From the NCBI GenBank assembly GCA_023129115.1, contig JAGMCR010000005.1, forward strand, positions 1 through 56,868: a DNA stretch of 56,868 nucleotides, in the 5' to 3' direction. Shown piece by piece: positions 52,823 through 56,868 of the stretch (the stretch's first letter is position 1; each line of letters opens with the position of its first letter). This stretch comes from Candidatus Iainarchaeum sp. Lineage in GTDB: Archaea > B1Sed10-29 > WALL01. Under the pieces are notes generated by a model. It had not been told where the DNA came from. It did no database searches and saw only the letters and a program-made list of their open reading frames with translations. Made by a program: the position numbers and the translations under genes.

Positions 52823-53938
52823 TTAACGCTTTGCGACTTCCTCGTACAGCCCCACGAGCTGCCTCGTGCGCTTCTGGATGGTGCTGGCCTCGGCTGTCTT
52901 GCGCGCGTTCTTGGCGAGGCGGTTGCGGAGGCGGGAGTCATAAAGAAGAGTGTTTACGTCGCGGGCGAGCTCCCGCCAGTCGTGCAGGCGGAACAGCAGG
53001 CCGTTCCTGTTGTCCACCACTGTCTCGGGAATCGCGAGCCAGTCGGCGCCCACCACGGGGCACTCGCACGCCATTCCCTCGATAATGACTAGGCCCTGGG
53101 TCTCGGCCTCGGACGCGATTACCGAGAACAAGGCCTCTTTGTACAGCTTCACGAGGTCCTTGTCGTCCACGAAGCCAGTGAAAATCACGTTGTCGGGCGC
53201 GAGGCGCTTCAGGCGCTCGGCGTCCGGCCCCCTGCCAGTGACGACGAGGGGGCAATCGATTTCTTCACAGGCCTTGAGCACGTCGCCAACGTTCTTCTCG
53301 CGCGAGAGGCGGCCGGTGTGCAGCACGAAGCCGCCGTCAAGCCCAAATTTCTTGCGCACGCTTTTGCTGGACTTCACGCTGTCGAAGCGCTTGAGCTCTA
53401 TGCCCGTTGGAATCACGGCCACGGGGGCCTTTATGCCCCGCTCGCGGAGCATGAGCTTAATTGCCATGGACGGCGTGATGACCGCGCTGTAGCGGTTGTA
53501 GTGCACGCGCGAATAAGCCCACGACACTTTCTGGCCGAGCAAGTGGAGGTACTGGCCCCTGAATAAGTAGTGCACGTAGTCCGAGAGAGGGGTGTGGAAC
53601 GTGGTCACGGCAGGGATTTTGTTGCGCCTCGCGGCGTAGAGCCCGGCGAGCCCGATGGAGAACGGGCCGTGGGTGTGGATTACGTCGAAGCCCTTGCCGG
53701 CGACGAGCTTGTTTATGCGCACTGGGGGCACAGTGGCGCGGAACTCGGGGTAGGGGCGGAAGGTAAAGGACTTGAAGCGGTGGACCTTCATGTTGTTGTA
53801 CTTTTTCTTGCCGGGCGTGGGCGCGAAGATTTCGACTTCGTGGCCCTGCTTCACCAGCTCGTCCGCGAACCAGGAGGTGCTGGCGACCACGCCGTTCACC
53901 TGCGGGTGCCACGTCTCCGTGAACATTCCGATTTTCAT
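52823..53938 (-). CDS. GT4 glycosyltransferase
   Basis: MKIGMFTETWHPQVNGV, IHTHGP, GRLSREKN, ETQGLVIIEGMA. Confidence 0.93.
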   Translation of the reverse strand: MKIGMFTETWHPQVNGVVASTSWFADELVKQGHEVEIFAPTPGKKKYNNMKVHRFKSFTFRPYPEFRATVPPVRINKLVAGKGFDVIHTHGPFSIGLAGLYAARRNKIPAVTTFHTPLSDYVHYLFRGQYLHLLGQKVSWAYSRVHYNRYSAVITPSMAIKLMLRERGIKAPVAVIPTGIELKRFDSVKSSKSVRKKFGLDGGFVLHTGRLSREKNVGDVLKACEEIDCPLVVTGRGPDAERLKRLAPDNVIFTGFVDDKDLVKLYKEALFSVIASEAETQGLVIIEGMACECPVVGADWLAIPETVVDNRNGLLFRLHDWRELARDVNTLLYDSRLRNRLAKNARKTAEASTIQKRTRQLVGLYEEVAKR

Positions 53939-54039
53939 GCCGCACCTCGAGCGAAGCGAGTACTTTTTCCCCAGGGTTTTTGCCTCCTGGCAAATCCCAA
54001 AGGATTGCCGGGGAAGAGCGAAGCGAAGGGAAAAAGGCT

Positions 54040-54087
54040 GCCGTTCACCTGCGGGTGCCAGGTCTCCGTGAACATGCCTATTTTCAT
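54040..54087 (-). repeat. Duplicated 5' 48 nt of the GT4 gene
   Basis: 45/48 nt identical to 53891-53938; all 3 differences synonymous. Confidence 0.92.
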
Positions 54088-54142
54088 CTGTGGGGTTTGC
54101 TCGCCATAGCAATAAAAAGCTTTGCTGCGTTAACTTTAGTAG

Positions 54143-54658
54143 ATGAAGAAATACATCAAGCAGCACTCGCGCAAAGAGCTCGACAAAATTACCGATAAAA
54201 CATACAATCACACAAAAGCCAAAGTTTTGCCTTTGCTCGAAGACGAAGAGGCCCTGGGCATTGCCGGCCGAGCGGCCGAGGCAGAGCTGCTCATAGCGCG
54301 GGGGACACTCCGCACGTTCGGGAAAGAGTTTCCCAAAGTAAAAGAAGACTTGGCGCGGCTGGGCTTCAAAAACATCGAGGGGGAACTAGACCCCGAAGTC
54401 CCTATTGAAGATGGGCTGGAGTTTTTGCATATCAACGCCGAGGGAAAGCGCTTGGTTAAAAGTATTTACCCCAAACTACTAAAAAGGTACTTCAATGCGA
54501 AAGGCAGGCACCGCGCGTTTTTTGAGCCGGTGCTCAAGAAAATGAGTGCAGGCGAACTAAATGAAACCATTAGGGAACTGGCGGGTCACTCATTGCCGTT
54601 TGAATACCACGATGAAATCCTCGCGATGGCAAAGGAAGCCCTAGGCAAGAAAAAGTAG
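54143..54658 (+). CDS. Hypothetical protein
   Basis: 171-aa ORF filling the intergenic gap. Confidence 0.75.
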   Translation: MKKYIKQHSRKELDKITDKTYNHTKAKVLPLLEDEEALGIAGRAAEAELLIARGTLRTFGKEFPKVKEDLARLGFKNIEGELDPEVPIEDGLEFLHINAEGKRLVKSIYPKLLKRYFNAKGRHRAFFEPVLKKMSAGELNETIRELAGHSLPFEYHDEILAMAKEALGKKK

Positions 54659-54674
54659 GGGGTTGCCCCCCCTC

Positions 54675-56732
54675 TCAGTCCTCGCACGTCGCGGTGAGCG
54701 CTATCGCGCTCTGGGCGGCCCCGGGGGTTTGCGCCGTGCCCAGGACTTCAGTGGCTCCGGGATAGAACGTGACGTTGTCCGCAATGGCGATGGTGGCAAA
54801 GTCAGCAGTCGCGTCCACGTCGTAGCGCACGTTGTCAATCGCGCCGTCGGCCCCGGTCTTGAACAAGAGGAAGTCGTAGGCGCCCTGGCCCAGGTTCTCG
54901 GAGAACCCGAAGACCGCGTAGCCCGCGCCGGACCGCATGACTGTCCTGGCACCGTCCTCCCCAGCAAGGCCATACCTGTACGCCCAATCAATGCCGCCCG
55001 TCGAGTTAGTCTTTATGGCGAGCGCGTCGTTGAAGCAATAGCTCGGCATGCTGCCCGTCAGGATGTAGCCGCCGCCCTGTGCTATGTCCACGGAGTAAGC
55101 GTAGTCATGGCCGCCCGTGTCATAGCGGTACACCCACTGGTTGTGGCCCGTGGAGTTCAGCTTCATGAGGAAGGAGTCCGTGTCGCCGCCGGTGTCTGTT
55201 ATCCCGGCCACGATGTAGTCCGTGCCGTCCTGGACCACTGACTTGGCATAGCTGTTGCTGGTGTCGAGCGAAGAAGTCCATTCGATTACACCGGTGCCGT
55301 TTACCTTCACGACGTACGCGTAATACGAGACGCCGTTAAAGATTCGGTTCGTGTCGCCGACCGCAATGTAGCCGCCGTCGCTGGTCTGCCTGACCGCGAA
55401 GGCCCTCTCCTCACTGTTGGCGAGGACGCCGTAAGTGTCCATCCACGTCTTGTTGCCGGAGCCATTTGTCTTCACGAGGAAAATGGCGTCCTTCCCGCTG
55501 GCAACGCTCTTGGTGGTGCCGGTCATTATGAAGCCGCTGTCGCCCGTCTGCTGGATTGAAGTGGGGCCATCGTCCCTCCCACCGCCAAACGCGTGCGTCG
55601 CGGTCCAGTTCACCGAGCCGTCGCTCTTCAGCCGGGCCATGAGTATGTCATAGGTTCCTCCGACGCCCGTGGACGCCACCAAAGCTGCGCCACCGTCACT
55701 TGTGCCCGTGACGCTGTAGACGATTTGGTTCTGGGCGATGTCGTACTCCTTCTGCCAAGCAATGGCTCCAGTGGAGCCAACCTTCAGGATGGTCGTGCCG
55801 TCGGTCGTGCTGCCGTTCTGGCCGACCAGGAAGTACCCGCCGCCGCTGGCCTCTGCCATTAACTCAACGCCCTGGTAGAACCCCTGGAGCCCTGCGTCGC
55901 CGTACGCGCGCATCCACTCCGCGCCGCTGCAGTCGTTCCCCCCCGCGGGGCCCTGGCACGCGTCGGGCATGCACGTGTCGTTGTAGCACCGCCTGCCGGC
56001 GGCGCACTCCACCGCGCAAGTGGTTTCCTGGCAGGACGCGGCAGCACAGTCGTCCACCCACGCGCAGCTGGCGTTGAGCAGGCAGTCCGCGCAATTGCCG
56101 CGGCCGGCGCACGGCACTGCCACGCAGTCCGCGTCAGCCCAGTCGACGTCGCCGTCGCAGTCGTTGTCCTTGCCGTCGTCGCACGTCGCCTCTGGAGTTT
56201 CGGTCGCGTTGCACAGGCAGCTGCCCGTGGCGTTGCACTCCGCGCTCGCCCACGTCGCCTCGGGGGTGCACGCCGTGCCCGCGGGGTCCAGGCCGCACGT
56301 CGAGTTGCAGCAGTCGCCGCCTTGGGTGTTGCCGTCGTCGCACTCCTCGCCATCGTCGACCACGCCGTTGCCGCACTCGGATTCAAGGAAGAAACTGGTC
56401 ATGCCAGAGACCGGGCCGTAAACACTGACGTAGCCGTCGGTGACGCCGCTGAAGTTGCACAGCACTTGCTCGTTCTCGAGAATTGGGTACGGGCAGTCAA
56501 TGGTCCCGCTGATTAGCCGCAATGGGTTGCTGGCAAGGATTGGCCTGTCGCCGAGGTTGGCGATTAGCACCCGGCCGCCGCCCACAGGGTTCGCCGTAAT
56601 CGCGACCGGAGTGTCAGGGGTTGGCTGCTTCGTGGCGAGCCCGCTGGTCCAAAAATACAGGCCGACCGCGGCCACGATGGCAATGGCAAGAAGCAGCACA
56701 ACAGCAATAACAGGGGAAACGCCTTTCTTCAT
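54675..56732 (-). CDS. Pilin-like (class III signal) protein with Cys-rich repeats and a C-terminal beta-propeller
   Basis: MKKG/VSPVIAVVLLLAIA; CGNGVVDDGEECDDGN; DNDCDGDVD; repeats of W...YG and QTSDGGY. Confidence 0.9.
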   Translation of the reverse strand: MKKGVSPVIAVVLLLAIAIVAAVGLYFWTSGLATKQPTPDTPVAITANPVGGGRVLIANLGDRPILASNPLRLISGTIDCPYPILENEQVLCNFSGVTDGYVSVYGPVSGMTSFFLESECGNGVVDDGEECDDGNTQGGDCCNSTCGLDPAGTACTPEATWASAECNATGSCLCNATETPEATCDDGKDNDCDGDVDWADADCVAVPCAGRGNCADCLLNASCAWVDDCAAASCQETTCAVECAAGRRCYNDTCMPDACQGPAGGNDCSGAEWMRAYGDAGLQGFYQGVELMAEASGGGYFLVGQNGSTTDGTTILKVGSTGAIAWQKEYDIAQNQIVYSVTGTSDGGAALVASTGVGGTYDILMARLKSDGSVNWTATHAFGGGRDDGPTSIQQTGDSGFIMTGTTKSVASGKDAIFLVKTNGSGNKTWMDTYGVLANSEERAFAVRQTSDGGYIAVGDTNRIFNGVSYYAYVVKVNGTGVIEWTSSLDTSNSYAKSVVQDGTDYIVAGITDTGGDTDSFLMKLNSTGHNQWVYRYDTGGHDYAYSVDIAQGGGYILTGSMPSYCFNDALAIKTNSTGGIDWAYRYGLAGEDGARTVMRSGAGYAVFGFSENLGQGAYDFLLFKTGADGAIDNVRYDVDATADFATIAIADNVTFYPGATEVLGTAQTPGAAQSAIALTATCED

Positions 56733-56868
56733 GGAAACCACTGTATAAAAAACAGAGTAGGCATATTAAAACCCATCGGGTATGCCGTGGGTATTTAACT
56801 GTCGTGGGAAGGATTAAATACGCGTTCTGCGTTTTGGTTGCTGATGAAGACGTATCTCGTGGTCTGGT

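Overview
GC-rich archaeal chromosome segment, probably DPANN such as Micrarchaeota-like. That placement is inferred from the TBP, histones, class III signal peptides and TATA promoters. The left 12 kb is a single minus-strand ORF of at least 4,003 aa that runs off the window and is missing from the ORF track. Housekeeping content: pyrD-K-C-E-F operon, nadM-nadC and nadE, ileS, proS, mscS, stomatin, an aminotransferase, a beta-CASP nuclease, a GT4 glycosyltransferase and tRNA-His. Unusual proteins: a single-repeat (half) TBP fused to a histone-H1-like tail and paired divergently with a PC4-like protein; a tandem OPRTase whose two halves have degenerated in complementary ways; two pilin-anchored Cys-rich mosaic adhesins; two atypical histones; a convergent VapC/RHH pair; and a kinase-fold orphan. 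Non-coding signals: a dual-guide C/D box sRNA (predicted targets 16S Cm1402 and tRNA-Met Cm34); three duplicated gene ends flanking insertions (tRNA-His, mscS, GT4); a family of G6-CAATTG-C6 palindromes; a second dispersed bulged hairpin; and an orphan IS200/IS605 right end. No CRISPR array, integrase, transposase or reverse transcriptase was seen.
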